Both the position numbers and the translations under genes were made by a program. The notes beneath the pieces are model-generated. The model was not told the origin of the DNA. It searched no databases and saw nothing but the letters and a program-made list of their open reading frames with translations. Below, one piece after another: positions 9,878 through 19,432 of a stretch of 64,000 nt of DNA (positions are counted from its first letter, which is position 1; every line of letters begins with the position of its first letter). The stretch spans positions 96,001 through 160,000 of the forward strand of contig CAVQNG010000004.1 in NCBI GenBank assembly GCA_963713825.1. The letters run 5' to 3'. This DNA is from an uncultured Acidobacteriota bacterium (GTDB lineage: Bacteria; Acidobacteriota; Thermoanaerobaculia; Multivoradales; JAHEKO01).

Positions 9878-11014
9878 GTGCAGAAGAGCACCCAGGAGTA
9901 CGTCCAACAGGCGCGCCACTTCTTGAGCCAGTACACCGAGGGCTTGAACGTGCGGGATCTACGGCGCTTGTTCGACCAGGACGCCGCTCATGCCTATAAG
10001 GTCCTGACCCGCGATCAGGACGAAGCCGAAGAGCCCAAGGATGCGGCGCGGCGCTTCTTCCATCGGGCAAAGATCGTCTTCCTCGGCATCTCCTACAAGT
10101 TGGGTCCAGCGCGGCGCATGCTGTTCGTCCTCTGCCTGGGTTTCGCCATTCTCGGCCTGATCAGCCCACCGACTTTCGAGTTCTACTCGGACCAGGCGAG
10201 CCTCGAGCTCGACTTCTCGCCGTTCTGGTTTCTTCTCAGCATCGGCGGCCTGCTCTGGCTCCTCATCGTGGAGCTGGTCGATCGGGTTCGCGTTCGCGAT
10301 GAGCTCGAGGTGGCGCGCAAGCTGCAAAGCGACCTGTTGCCGGACACTTCGCCCGAGGTGCCTGGCTACAGCTTCGCCCACTCCTATCGCACAGCCAATG
10401 AGGTCGGCGGCGACTACTATGATTTCCAGACGCTGCCCGACGGCCGGCTGGCGATCCTGATGGGCGATGCGAGCGGCCATGGCATCGCCGCCGGCCTGCT
10501 GATGGCGATTTCCAACGCCACGCTCAAGACAGCGCTCGACGTCGACCCCGAACCGAAAGCCGTCGCCGCCCTGCTCAACGCGGCCCTCTACCGTACCGGC
10601 GACCGGCGAGCCTTCATGACCCTCTTCTACGGACTGCTCGATCCCCTCAGTGGTGAGCTCAACTTCGTCTGCGCCGGCCACCCTTATCCCCTCCTTCGGA
10701 AGGCCGGAGGAGAAATACAGGAACTCGGGACCGGCACCCTTCCCCTTGGCTTGCGTCGAAGCATCGATCTGCAGGCACAATCCGCCGTGCTCGAAAACGG
10801 CGACCTTCTCGTTCTGTTCACTGATGGTCTGCCGGAGTCGGTCAACGGACCGGACGGCGATGCTTTCGGGTTCCAGAAGATCAAGCAGCTGCTGGCGACA
10901 GTCGGCTCCCCCGACCGGGTGCACGACCGCATTCTGCTGGCGTTCGACGAGCACATCGGCCACGAGCCCCTGACGGATGACCTGACTCTTGTGGTGATTT
11001 CAAAGGCCGCGTGA
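9878..11014 (+). CDS. Membrane-anchored PP2C/SpoIIE (RsbU-like) serine phosphatase
   Basis: VGGDYYD, GDASGHG, AGH, FTDGL, DDLT motifs; 2 TM helices; GTG start with GGAG upstream. Confidence 0.88.
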   Translation: MQKSTQEYVQQARHFLSQYTEGLNVRDLRRLFDQDAAHAYKVLTRDQDEAEEPKDAARRFFHRAKIVFLGISYKLGPARRMLFVLCLGFAILGLISPPTFEFYSDQASLELDFSPFWFLLSIGGLLWLLIVELVDRVRVRDELEVARKLQSDLLPDTSPEVPGYSFAHSYRTANEVGGDYYDFQTLPDGRLAILMGDASGHGIAAGLLMAISNATLKTALDVDPEPKAVAALLNAALYRTGDRRAFMTLFYGLLDPLSGELNFVCAGHPYPLLRKAGGEIQELGTGTLPLGLRRSIDLQAQSAVLENGDLLVLFTDGLPESVNGPDGDAFGFQKIKQLLATVGSPDRVHDRILLAFDEHIGHEPLTDDLTLVVISKAA

Positions 11015-11024
11015 ACCTTTCGGA

Positions 11025-12482
11025 CTAGTCGCGCTCGACGACCATCGCGAAGCCAATTCCCCCCGCCGCGCAGACGGTGATCAGGCCGAGATTCAGACTT
11101 CGGGAGCGCAGCTCCTCGAGCAGTTGAATCGTGACTCTCCCACCAGTCGCCCCAAAAGGATGACCGAGAGCGATCGACCCACCGTTGACGTTGAAACGCT
11201 CCAGGTCGATCTGCCCCAGAGGCGCGCTGCGACCCAACTCCTCCGCCGCGAACTTGGGAGACGCAAAAGCCTTCATGTTGGAGAGTATCTGCGCCGCGAA
11301 GGCCTCGTGCATCTCCACCAGATCCATGTCGGAGAGCTTCAGCCCGGCTCGATCTAGAGCTACGGGAGCGGCGTAGGCGGGCCCCTGGAGGAGCTGCGTC
11401 GCAGGATCCAGGCTGGCGTAGGCGAAAGACCGGATATAGCCGAGAGGCGAATAGCCCATGGAGCGAGCCTTGTCTTCGCTCATCAGCAGCACCGCTGAGG
11501 CTCCATCGGTGATCGGGCTGGAATTGCCGGCGGTGATGGATCCGTAGCGCCGATCGAACACCGCCGGTAGCTTCGACAGTGCCTCTGCCGTCGAGTCGGG
11601 TCGAATTCCATTGTCGGTCGTTACCGCCTCGTCGAAGTCCGGCCGGGGAAAGGTAGTCACGATTTGGCCTGACAGCCGGCCCTCCGCTGTGGCGGCCGCG
11701 GCTCGTTGATGTGATAGCAGAGCGATCTCATCCTGAGCGCGGCGCGAGATCGAATTCTCCTTCGCCATCTTCTCGCACGCTTCTCCCATGGACATGCCCG
11801 TCGTGTACTCGGCGATGGCTGGCGGCACGGGAACGAGATCGCGCGGCCGAATCTTGGTCGCCACGGCTATCTTCTGGGCTGGACTCTTCGCCTTGCTGAG
11901 CTCCATCAATCGGCGAGAGGCTCCTTGGGAAACCAGGATCGGAACATTACTGAGAGACTCGGCGCCTCCAGCCAACACGACCTCGCACTGCCCACTGAGA
12001 ATCGCCTCGGCTCCAGAGGTGATGGCCCGATTGGAGGAGGCACAGGCCAGGCTCACCGTGGTGCCGGGAATCGTCATCGGCATGTTGGCCCGAAACACCA
12101 CCTCCCGGCCCAAGTTCGGCGCCTGGAGTAGCGGCACGACGACCCCGAAGATCGAAGAGTCCACCTCGTCGGGGGGCAGTGCATTGCGAGCCATGAGCTC
12201 GGCGGAGGCGACACCCGCCAGATCGATGACATCCATGTCGCGCAGATCGGTTCCGGCCCTGCAGAACGGCGTTCGACAACCATCCACGATGGCTACCCGT
12301 CCACCGACACCCTGCATCGTCCGGCTTGCCACTCTGGCAATATTCGGAGCGCATCCGGGGCCACGGGTCCAGACAGTGTCGGCGCGAGCACCGATCTCTT
12401 CGGCGGCCGAGTCGTCGAGCTGTGGCGGCAGCACAGGCTCGGGATCCGGGGGATCACTCTTCGAATGGGAATTCTCGGACAT
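11025..12482 (-). CDS. fadI: Acetyl-CoA C-acyltransferase (thiolase), FadI-like
   Basis: LACASS catalytic Cys, MHEAFAAQ, GGSIALGHPFGATG, CAAGG; GAGGAG RBS before ATG 12482. Confidence 0.8.
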   Translation of the reverse strand: MSENSHSKSDPPDPEPVLPPQLDDSAAEEIGARADTVWTRGPGCAPNIARVASRTMQGVGGRVAIVDGCRTPFCRAGTDLRDMDVIDLAGVASAELMARNALPPDEVDSSIFGVVVPLLQAPNLGREVVFRANMPMTIPGTTVSLACASSNRAITSGAEAILSGQCEVVLAGGAESLSNVPILVSQGASRRLMELSKAKSPAQKIAVATKIRPRDLVPVPPAIAEYTTGMSMGEACEKMAKENSISRRAQDEIALLSHQRAAAATAEGRLSGQIVTTFPRPDFDEAVTTDNGIRPDSTAEALSKLPAVFDRRYGSITAGNSSPITDGASAVLLMSEDKARSMGYSPLGYIRSFAYASLDPATQLLQGPAYAAPVALDRAGLKLSDMDLVEMHEAFAAQILSNMKAFASPKFAAEELGRSAPLGQIDLERFNVNGGSIALGHPFGATGGRVTIQLLEELRSRSLNLGLITVCAAGGIGFAMVVERD

Positions 12483-12544
12483 CGGCCTAGTCTCCTCGAT
12501 AGCGAATCAACTCTACCCCACGCCATGGAAACCGCTGATACTCT

Positions 12545-13249
12545 ATGGCTGTGACCGACTCTCTCGACGCAACACCCGACGCCCCAGAGGCTCCCCAGTC
12601 GAAGCCACGCACAGGGACGCACTTCAGGCGGATTCTGGTTACGGGACTGGTGATACTCGTCCCGGTTACTCTAACCGTCTACATTCTCAAACAGATCTTC
12701 GACTTCATGGACGGGATCTTCGCTCCCGTCATCGACAAGGCGATCGGCGTCTACCTTCCTGGTTTCCACATACCGGGTCTGGGCCTCCTGCTCACCCTTC
12801 TTGTGGTTCTGCTTCTGGGATGGCTCTCGACCAATGTCGTCGGAAGACGAGTGATCCAAGGGATCGAAGCCCTGATCTGCCGCATCCCGGTCGCCAAGTC
12901 CATCTATGCGGCGACCAAGGGGATCCTCGAGGCGGTATCTTTCGACCAGAGTGAGGCGTTCCAGCGAGTGGTCCTGATCGAGTACCCCAAGGAGAACATC
13001 TTCGCCCTCGCCTTTGTCACCAAGTCGGCCCAGTGGCCGAACGTTCATCCGAAAACCTCCGACGTTCTCTTGGTATTCGTCCCGACGACCCCCAATCCGA
13101 CTAGCGGCTTTCTTCTCCTGGTGCCGCGCGGTGAGGCCATACCCTTACCCATATCGGTCGAAGAGGGAATTCGAATGGTGATCTCGGGAGGTATCCTGAT
13201 TCCGGACTTGTCAGGACCGAAAGCGGTGCAAAGCAACCCGCAAAGCTAG
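12545..13249 (+). CDS. DUF502 domain membrane protein
   Basis: IPVAKSIY, VLIEYP, VFVPTTPNPTSGFL, ISGG motifs. Confidence 0.88.
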   Translation: MAVTDSLDATPDAPEAPQSKPRTGTHFRRILVTGLVILVPVTLTVYILKQIFDFMDGIFAPVIDKAIGVYLPGFHIPGLGLLLTLLVVLLLGWLSTNVVGRRVIQGIEALICRIPVAKSIYAATKGILEAVSFDQSEAFQRVVLIEYPKENIFALAFVTKSAQWPNVHPKTSDVLLVFVPTTPNPTSGFLLLVPRGEAIPLPISVEEGIRMVISGGILIPDLSGPKAVQSNPQS

Positions 13250-13313
13250 ACCCCCAGAAGCAGCCAAGCCCCCAAGGAAAGAGACCGGCCCTGTCACCCC
13301 TCTAACAGAGGGC

Positions 13314-13329
13314 TGGCATGCATCCTGCT
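13314..13329 (+). promoter_or_regulatory. Putative sigma-54 (-24/-12) promoter of the M48 peptidase gene
   Basis: TGGCATGCATCCTGCT, exact GG-N10-GC spacing, 17 bp before the ATG. Confidence 0.5.
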
Positions 13330-13346
13330 AGACTTTCTCCATTGCG

Positions 13347-15059
13347 ATGAGAAAAGCCGCAACACACCTCGTCCTCGCTTGCCTTGTCCTGGGACTGGCA
13401 CCCGTTCCGGGCAGTGCCCAGGAAATTGCAAAAGAGGAACTGTTCGAGAAGACGCTCAAGGCCGCCCTACAGGCGCTCGCCTTCTATGGCCGATACGACA
13501 ACCCGGCCGAGATGCAGCGTATGGCCGACATCGGCTATCGCATCGCTCAAGAATCGAAGTTCCAGGACTACCCGTACACCTTCTACCTGGCCGACATGCC
13601 GGAGCCCAACGCCTTCGCGCTGCCGGGAGGCCAGATCTTCATCACTCGGGGGATGCTCGACCTCGGCCTGAACGACGACATGTTGGCAGGTCTTCTTGGT
13701 CACGAGATCGGGCACGTGGTGATGCAGCACGGGACACGGATGCAGCGCAAGGCGACGCTGCTCAACATCCTGAGTCAGGCTCTGCTGGCAGGCGTCATTA
13801 TCGGTGCCAGCCAGGGCAACAACCGTAACGATGTGCCCACTGATCCCTATGGCCGGGGCAACTCGACCGGCGATCTGATCCAGGGCACAGCGGCGGCTGG
13901 TGCCGTCATCAGCGAACTGCTGTTGCGGAGTTACAGCCGCGAGTTCGAAGACGAAGCCGACGACGAGGGCCAGCGACTGGCCGCAGCCGCAGGCTTCGAC
14001 CCCTCCGGCACCCAGCAACTGATGGAAAAAATGCTGGCCCACATGCCGCAGACCAAGGAATACGGATACTGGCGTACCCATCCCTTCTTCGACGACCGTG
14101 CACAAGCCGCCAACGTGCGCGACGACCTGCTGAAGATCCAGGACCCCAGCTCGGCAGCCGAGTATCGCGCCAAGACGCAAGAGGTGCTCCTGGACTTCGC
14201 CGAACGCTCGAAGATCGAGCCCGAGCTGATTCCCCATCTCAAGGAGGAAGCGCTGATCGCCTGGCCCCAGGGCCCGGCCGCCGATGGCCTGCGCCTGGAG
14301 AAGCTCCATACCTACCGCGAACTTGTCGAGGGTCAGAAACCACTCTCGCGCGACTGGACCCGACTCATCACCTCCTACCAATCGGAGCTCGATCAAGTTC
14401 GTGGGCTCACTCCCGAAAGTCCGCTCGTGGCCCAATTGGACAGCGAGATCGCCACGTTCGAAGCGCAGCGTCGAGAACTCTACCCACAGGCGGTAGCGAC
14501 CTTCGAAGGAGGTATCTTCGAGACCGAGTTCCTCGAGACTTTTGCCAGTAACTACCCGGATTCGCCCCAGATTCCCGCCGCGGCCCTGGCGCTCGGAGAC
14601 GCCTACAGCAGATTGGGACGCCAAAGTGAAGCCGTCGAGCGTTACCTCGAAGCCTCATCGGCCGCCCCCGACAGCGAGGCTGGAGAGCGAGCGGCCAGGG
14701 GACTGCGTGGCCTGGCGCCCTATCTAGAGGAGCTCACCGCCCTGCAAAGGCTGGCGTTGGAATCCGAGGACTCGGAGCTTCGAGAATTGGCTTCCCAACG
14801 GCTCGCCACCCTGGCCACCGACTACGAGGAGCTGGCCAACGGCGCGACGTACCTGAAGACCTATCCTGATGGCGACCAGGCGACGGTCGTGAGCCACAGG
14901 CTCGACCAGCTCGCCGATGCCCTGTTTGGGGAGATCATTCTCTACCAGAGCGTTGGCGACCACGTGAAAGGCATCGAGCGGATCCAGCAGATCCTGACCT
15001 ATGCACCACAGTCTCCCGCTGCCGAGCGCCTCCGTGCCCGCATGGTCGTTGAAAGCTGA
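13347..15059 (+). CDS. M48 family zinc metalloprotease with C-terminal TPR-like helices (BepA-like)
   Basis: Signal peptide; NAFALPGG, HEIGH, YSREFEDEAD, THP motifs. Confidence 0.88.
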   Translation: MRKAATHLVLACLVLGLAPVPGSAQEIAKEELFEKTLKAALQALAFYGRYDNPAEMQRMADIGYRIAQESKFQDYPYTFYLADMPEPNAFALPGGQIFITRGMLDLGLNDDMLAGLLGHEIGHVVMQHGTRMQRKATLLNILSQALLAGVIIGASQGNNRNDVPTDPYGRGNSTGDLIQGTAAAGAVISELLLRSYSREFEDEADDEGQRLAAAAGFDPSGTQQLMEKMLAHMPQTKEYGYWRTHPFFDDRAQAANVRDDLLKIQDPSSAAEYRAKTQEVLLDFAERSKIEPELIPHLKEEALIAWPQGPAADGLRLEKLHTYRELVEGQKPLSRDWTRLITSYQSELDQVRGLTPESPLVAQLDSEIATFEAQRRELYPQAVATFEGGIFETEFLETFASNYPDSPQIPAAALALGDAYSRLGRQSEAVERYLEASSAAPDSEAGERAARGLRGLAPYLEELTALQRLALESEDSELRELASQRLATLATDYEELANGATYLKTYPDGDQATVVSHRLDQLADALFGEIILYQSVGDHVKGIERIQQILTYAPQSPAAERLRARMVVES

Positions 15060-15086
15060 TCGTCCGAACCCAAAGAGCATCCATAG

Positions 15087-15602
15087 GTGAGATTTGAAGA
15101 CAACCGAGTCGAACAACGGATCGAAGGACAAGCGATGAGCACCACGATTACCGAGCTGAATCAGGCCGCGAAACGGGGCGTCGAGGCGTGCAAGAGAGGC
15201 CAATGGAAAGAGGGCCTGGCCGTCCTCGGCAAGATCGCCGAGGCCGACCGTCAAGGCGCGGAGCTCAACGGCCAGTTCTATTCCTATCTTGGCTACGGAA
15301 TTGCCCGCTACGAACGTCGGGTCAAGGAAGGTCTCGCTCTTTGCCAGCACTCCATCAAGGTCCAGTTCTACGAGCCCGAGAACTACGTCAACCTGGCCCG
15401 GGTCTATTTGCTGGCCCGCAATCGGCGCAAAGCGGTGGAGGCCCTGACTCGAGCGCTCAAGTTGAACGTTTCCCATCCAGGGGCCCGAGCCCTTGCCCAG
15501 GAGATTGGCTGGCGCAGACCTCCCGTGATCCCCTTCCTCTCACGGAACAACTTTCTCAATCAGTTGCTGGGCAAAATGCGACACCAGCTCGGGCAGAAAT
15601 AG
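15087..15602 (+). CDS. Small TPR-repeat protein
   Basis: SYLGY..A and PENYVNLARVYL TPR patterns; alternative ATG at about 15134. Confidence 0.65.
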   Translation: MRFEDNRVEQRIEGQAMSTTITELNQAAKRGVEACKRGQWKEGLAVLGKIAEADRQGAELNGQFYSYLGYGIARYERRVKEGLALCQHSIKVQFYEPENYVNLARVYLLARNRRKAVEALTRALKLNVSHPGARALAQEIGWRRPPVIPFLSRNNFLNQLLGKMRHQLGQK

Positions 15603-15644
15603 CGCCAGCCCTAGAAGGACACACGTCGAGCTCGGCAACCGCCG

Positions 15645-17675
15645 TCAGCCCAGAGTCCAGGCACGCAGCACCTGATACACCACGAAGGTGACGGAGTAGG
15701 CCAACACCGTCATATAGAGCAGCTGGAAGGTCGGCCATTTCCAGCTGTTGGTCTCGCGCCGAGTGATCGCTTGCGTGGAGAGACACTGCATGGCCAGGAC
15801 ATAGAAGATCAGGAGGCTGACGCTCGTCGCCGTCGTAAAGACCGGAGTTCCATCGGAACGAACCGAGGACCGCAGACTGTCGTACAGAGAGGTCGGGTCC
15901 TCATCGACTGCAGACTCCCCTACCCCATAGACCACAGCCAGGGTCGAGACAATCACTTCGCGAGCCGCGAAGGAGCTCAGGATGCCGATTCCGATCTGCC
16001 AATCGAAGCCCAACGGCCTCAAGACCGGCTCAATGGCACGACCCGTGCGACCGGCGAACGACTGCGCCAGTCTGCTTTGCGCAGCGAGCTGGCCTGCTTC
16101 TTCCTCCAGCTCTGCTGCCTGCTCTGACTCCCCTGTCGCAGCCAGCGTCTGCGCCTCTGCCTGCAGGTCCAGGGCGGCGGCAGGTGGCTCACTCTTGGGA
16201 AACGAAGCCAGGAACCACAGGAGAATCGAGACGGCGAGGATGATGGTCCCAGCTCTCTTGATGAAGATCTTGGCCCGGTCCAGCGTCGTCAGTAGGGCCG
16301 TCCGCAGGTTCGGGAGCTTGTAGCTGGGGAGCTCGAGGACCAGGGGCCTGGATTCACCGGGCAAGATAGAACGCTTGAAGACCAGGGCCATGATCAGCGC
16401 CGCTACGATCCCCAATGTGTAGGCCCCGGTGAATACCAGCCCCGCCAGGACCGGCCGATAGGGGAAGAGCAGGGCCGTGATCATGGTGTAGACCGGAATC
16501 CGAGCCGAGCAAGAGAACAGTGGCAACACCAGGATTGTCACCAGCCGATCGCGCCGATCTTCGATGACACGCGTCGACATGATGGCCGGAATCGCGCAGG
16601 CATGGGCCGAAAGGATGGGCACAAAAGCCTTGCCTGGTAGTCCGACCCGCCGCATGAGCCGATCCATGACGAAGGCGGCTCGCGCCAGGTAACCCGTATC
16701 TTCGAGCAAAGCCAGGAAGAAGAACAGAATACAGATCTGCGGCAGGAACACCAGAACTCCACCGACGCCACCGATGACGCCATCGACCAGCAGACTGCGA
16801 AGATCACCCGGTGGTAACCAGCGGCCGACGACGCTACCCACGTAGCTGAACCCGGAATCGATCCACTCCATCGGGTACTGCGCCACCCAGAAAATGAGCG
16901 CGAAGACCGCAAACATCACAGAGAGAAACGCTGCGACCCCCACCCAACGATGGGTCAGAACGGCATCGATTCGATCGGTCTTCACACCATGAGCCGTTGT
17001 CCGGCCGTTGATACAGCGAGCACCGACCTCCTCGGCCCAGTCGTACCGTGCTTTGTAGGGACAGCCGGAGCAATCGCAGAAAGGATCGGTAGACCTTCTG
17101 GCAAGGGCTGAACCCGAAGGATCGACCATCCTCTCCAGGTGCTGCCGAAGAACGTCGAGACCCCGGCCGCTGCGCGCCACGATCGGCACCACCGGGCAAC
17201 CCAGCTCGGCTTCCAGCTTCTCCAGGTCGATCTCGATGGCCGAGCGTTCGGCCAGATCCACCATATTGAGTGCCGCTACTGTGGGCAGACCCAACTCCAG
17301 CACCTGACTCGCCAGATACAGGTTGCGCTCCAGGGTCGTCGCATCGAGCAGCAAAATGACGCCTTGGGGCTGGGGTTGTTGCGCCCGCTGTCCGAGCAGC
17401 ACCTCCCGGGCCAGGCGCTCTTCCGGCGTGATGGAAGCCAGACTGTACAGGCCAGGCAGGTCGAGCAGGCGAACCCTGTGCTCGGCCAGCCGTGTGTGAC
17501 CGATCCGGCGCTCGATCGTCGTGCCTGGAAAGTTCGCGGTCTTGGCCCGCAGACCGGTCAGAGCGTTGAAGAGCGTCGTCTTGCCGGCGTTCGGGTTGCC
17601 AACCAGGGCGATGCAGACCTCGTCGGCATCGGGCGCCTTCTGGCCTGGGGGTAGGGGTACTTGGATCGTGGAAAT
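15645..17675 (-). CDS. feoB: Ferrous iron transporter FeoB (probable ATT start)
   Basis: G1 GNPNAGKT, G2 NFPGTT and G3 DLPG read in frame upstream of the ORF-track start at 17402; G4 NMVD; gate motifs LEDTGY, CSARIPVY, AAREV. Confidence 0.92.
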   Translation of the reverse strand: MSTIQVPLPPGQKAPDADEVCIALVGNPNAGKTTLFNALTGLRAKTANFPGTTIERRIGHTRLAEHRVRLLDLPGLYSLASITPEERLAREVLLGQRAQQPQPQGVILLLDATTLERNLYLASQVLELGLPTVAALNMVDLAERSAIEIDLEKLEAELGCPVVPIVARSGRGLDVLRQHLERMVDPSGSALARRSTDPFCDCSGCPYKARYDWAEEVGARCINGRTTAHGVKTDRIDAVLTHRWVGVAAFLSVMFAVFALIFWVAQYPMEWIDSGFSYVGSVVGRWLPPGDLRSLLVDGVIGGVGGVLVFLPQICILFFFLALLEDTGYLARAAFVMDRLMRRVGLPGKAFVPILSAHACAIPAIMSTRVIEDRRDRLVTILVLPLFSCSARIPVYTMITALLFPYRPVLAGLVFTGAYTLGIVAALIMALVFKRSILPGESRPLVLELPSYKLPNLRTALLTTLDRAKIFIKRAGTIILAVSILLWFLASFPKSEPPAAALDLQAEAQTLAATGESEQAAELEEEAGQLAAQSRLAQSFAGRTGRAIEPVLRPLGFDWQIGIGILSSFAAREVIVSTLAVVYGVGESAVDEDPTSLYDSLRSSVRSDGTPVFTTATSVSLLIFYVLAMQCLSTQAITRRETNSWKWPTFQLLYMTVLAYSVTFVVYQVLRAWTLG

Positions 17676-17701
17676 GGTGTAGAGCCTCTCGCTAGTGACC
17701 G

Positions 17702-18046
17702 TCAGCCCTCGCCGAACATGTCACCCAGACAGGGTTGGACTTTGACGTTGCTCGCCAGTCTGGCCGAGACTCCAATGCGCGTCCCGAGCACTTTGAGAAT
17801 CATCGGATCGCCAGTCTGCATCAGCATGATTCGGCGCCCCACGCAGACCCCCATCGCCATCAATTGCTCGATGTCGGCTTCACTGGCCTCGACCTCCGTG
17901 ACCCTGGCGCAGTGGCCGATCTCGATCCGGTCGAGTGGAACCCGATCGCCCAGATCGGCCGATCCAGCCTTTTCCTCCCTTGGAGACACTTCGACGCGGC
18001 CCATAATCAAGCTCGAAACACCAATTTCGCCAGGGTCTGGCGGCAC
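17702..18046 (-). CDS. feoA: FeoA family protein
   Basis: LMAMGVCVG, GDPMILKVLGTRI SH3-like motif; directly upstream of feoB; true start may be nearer 18004. Confidence 0.85.
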   Translation of the reverse strand: MPPDPGEIGVSSLIMGRVEVSPREEKAGSADLGDRVPLDRIEIGHCARVTEVEASEADIEQLMAMGVCVGRRIMLMQTGDPMILKVLGTRIGVSARLASNVKVQPCLGDMFGEG

Positions 18047-18217
18047 CCCAGTCTACCATTGCGGCATCTTCCAGCCGTGAAGGAGACAGGGCCCCATCCG
18101 GAGTCGGAACGCCCGGCTTGGCACCCCGGGCGACATGACATATCCTCTGCCGCAACTGCCTCGCTCGAGAAAGGCCATTTCCGGGAAAGCTCCGACTTGG
18201 ATGCGAGTGACACTGCA

Positions 18218-19432
18218 ATGATATCTAGCGACAACACCACCGAAACTCAGGGCATGGGTCGATCAGTCGTCCTGCCCGCTCTCCTGCTGTTCGGGGCGAT
18301 GTTCAATCTCACCCTGGTGGTCGCTGGGCTGAAGGAGTTCATCATCGAGGACCTGGGCGGGACGATCGCGGACGCGACGCTCTTCTTCTCGGTCGAGACG
18401 CTGGCCTATATCCTCTTCGCCCCGCTCTGGGGGCTGCTGAGCGACAGGTTCGGCCTTCGCAAGCCCCTGGTTGCAATCGGATTCGCCGGATCGGCGTTGA
18501 TCTACCTGATCTACGGCAAGCTCCACTCCATTCCGCTGCTTCTCGCCTTTCGTTTCGTTCAGGGTGCCTTTTCGGTTCTCGGCTGGTCGACGGTCATGGC
18601 GATGATGCTCGATCACCCCGTCTATGGCCGCAAGGGGAGATTCATGGGCCTGATGGGTGCCTCACTCATCTTCGGTGTTGCCATCGGCGCCCCGATGGGC
18701 GGCTACCTGACCCGCTGGTTCGGCGCCCGCGCCCCGCTGCTTGCCGCGGCAATCTCCTTCGGCCTATTGGCCTGCCTGTCCCTCTTCCTGCGCGAATCGC
18801 CAACCCTGACTCGTCAACTCCGGGTGCGAGAGATTCTCGCCACCCTCAGATCCAAACCACGCGTGTTCCTGCCATTCTCGTTCCACTTCGTCGACCGTCT
18901 GGCCGTCGGACTCTTCGTCGTTGTCTTTCCCCTGTATATCGATTCACTCGGAGCCACCGATCCGGCCCAGCGAGGTCGATACCTGGCGCTCTTTCTGCTG
19001 CCATTCGCTTTCCTGCAGTATTTCTCTGGCCGGCTAGCAGAGCGGATCGGCGCTGGCGGCCCCTTGGTGATCGGCTCTCTGCTCTACGGTCTGGCGCTCT
19101 GCGGACTGGGGTTTTCCGACCTGAGCTCCCTGACGGTGATGATGGTGGCCCTGGGAGTCTTCGCAGCGCTCATGTTTCCTCCAGCGATTCTCCTGGTCTC
19201 GCAGTGGAGCGATCCCAAGACACGAGCCAGCGCGATGGGAGGGTTCAATCTGGCCGGCTCCATGGGCTTCGCCCTGGGGCCCATCCTGGGCGGCTGGGCC
19301 TACACCACCCGCGGCTTCGCATTCGCCTTCGTGCTGTGTGGCGTGTTCGAGATCGCGCTGGCGATCGTCGGGGCCGTGATGCTGATCCGGTGGGCTAACC
19401 AGGCGAGAGCTACTCGGTCGACGAGCAGCTAG
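18218..19432 (+). CDS. MFS transporter
   Basis: About 12 TM; motif [12 protein letters not shown]; the ORF-track extension to 17735 overlaps feoA and is not credible. Confidence 0.85.
   Translation: MISSDNTTETQGMGRSVVLPALLLFGAMFNLTLVVAGLKEFIIEDLGGTIADATLFFSVETLAYILFAPLWGLLSDRFGLRKPLVAIGFAGSALIYLIYGKLHSIPLLLAFRFVQGAFSVLGWSTVMAMMLDHPVYGRKGRFMGLMGASLIFGVAIGAPMGGYLTRWFGARAPLLAAAISFGLLACLSLFLRESPTLTRQLRVREILATLRSKPRVFLPFSFHFVDRLAVGLFVVVFPLYIDSLGATDPAQRGRYLALFLLPFAFLQYFSGRLAERIGAGGPLVIGSLLYGLALCGLGFSDLSSLTVMMVALGVFAALMFPPAILLVSQWSDPKTRASAMGGFNLAGSMGFALGPILGGWAYTTRGFAFAFVLCGVFEIALAIVGAVMLIRWANQARATRSTSS

Noticed and set aside
17402-17720. feoB as a pseudogene or frameshifted feoA-feoB fusion
   Set aside because: The frame is continuous with all G motifs and no slippery sequence was seen; a non-canonical start explains it more simply
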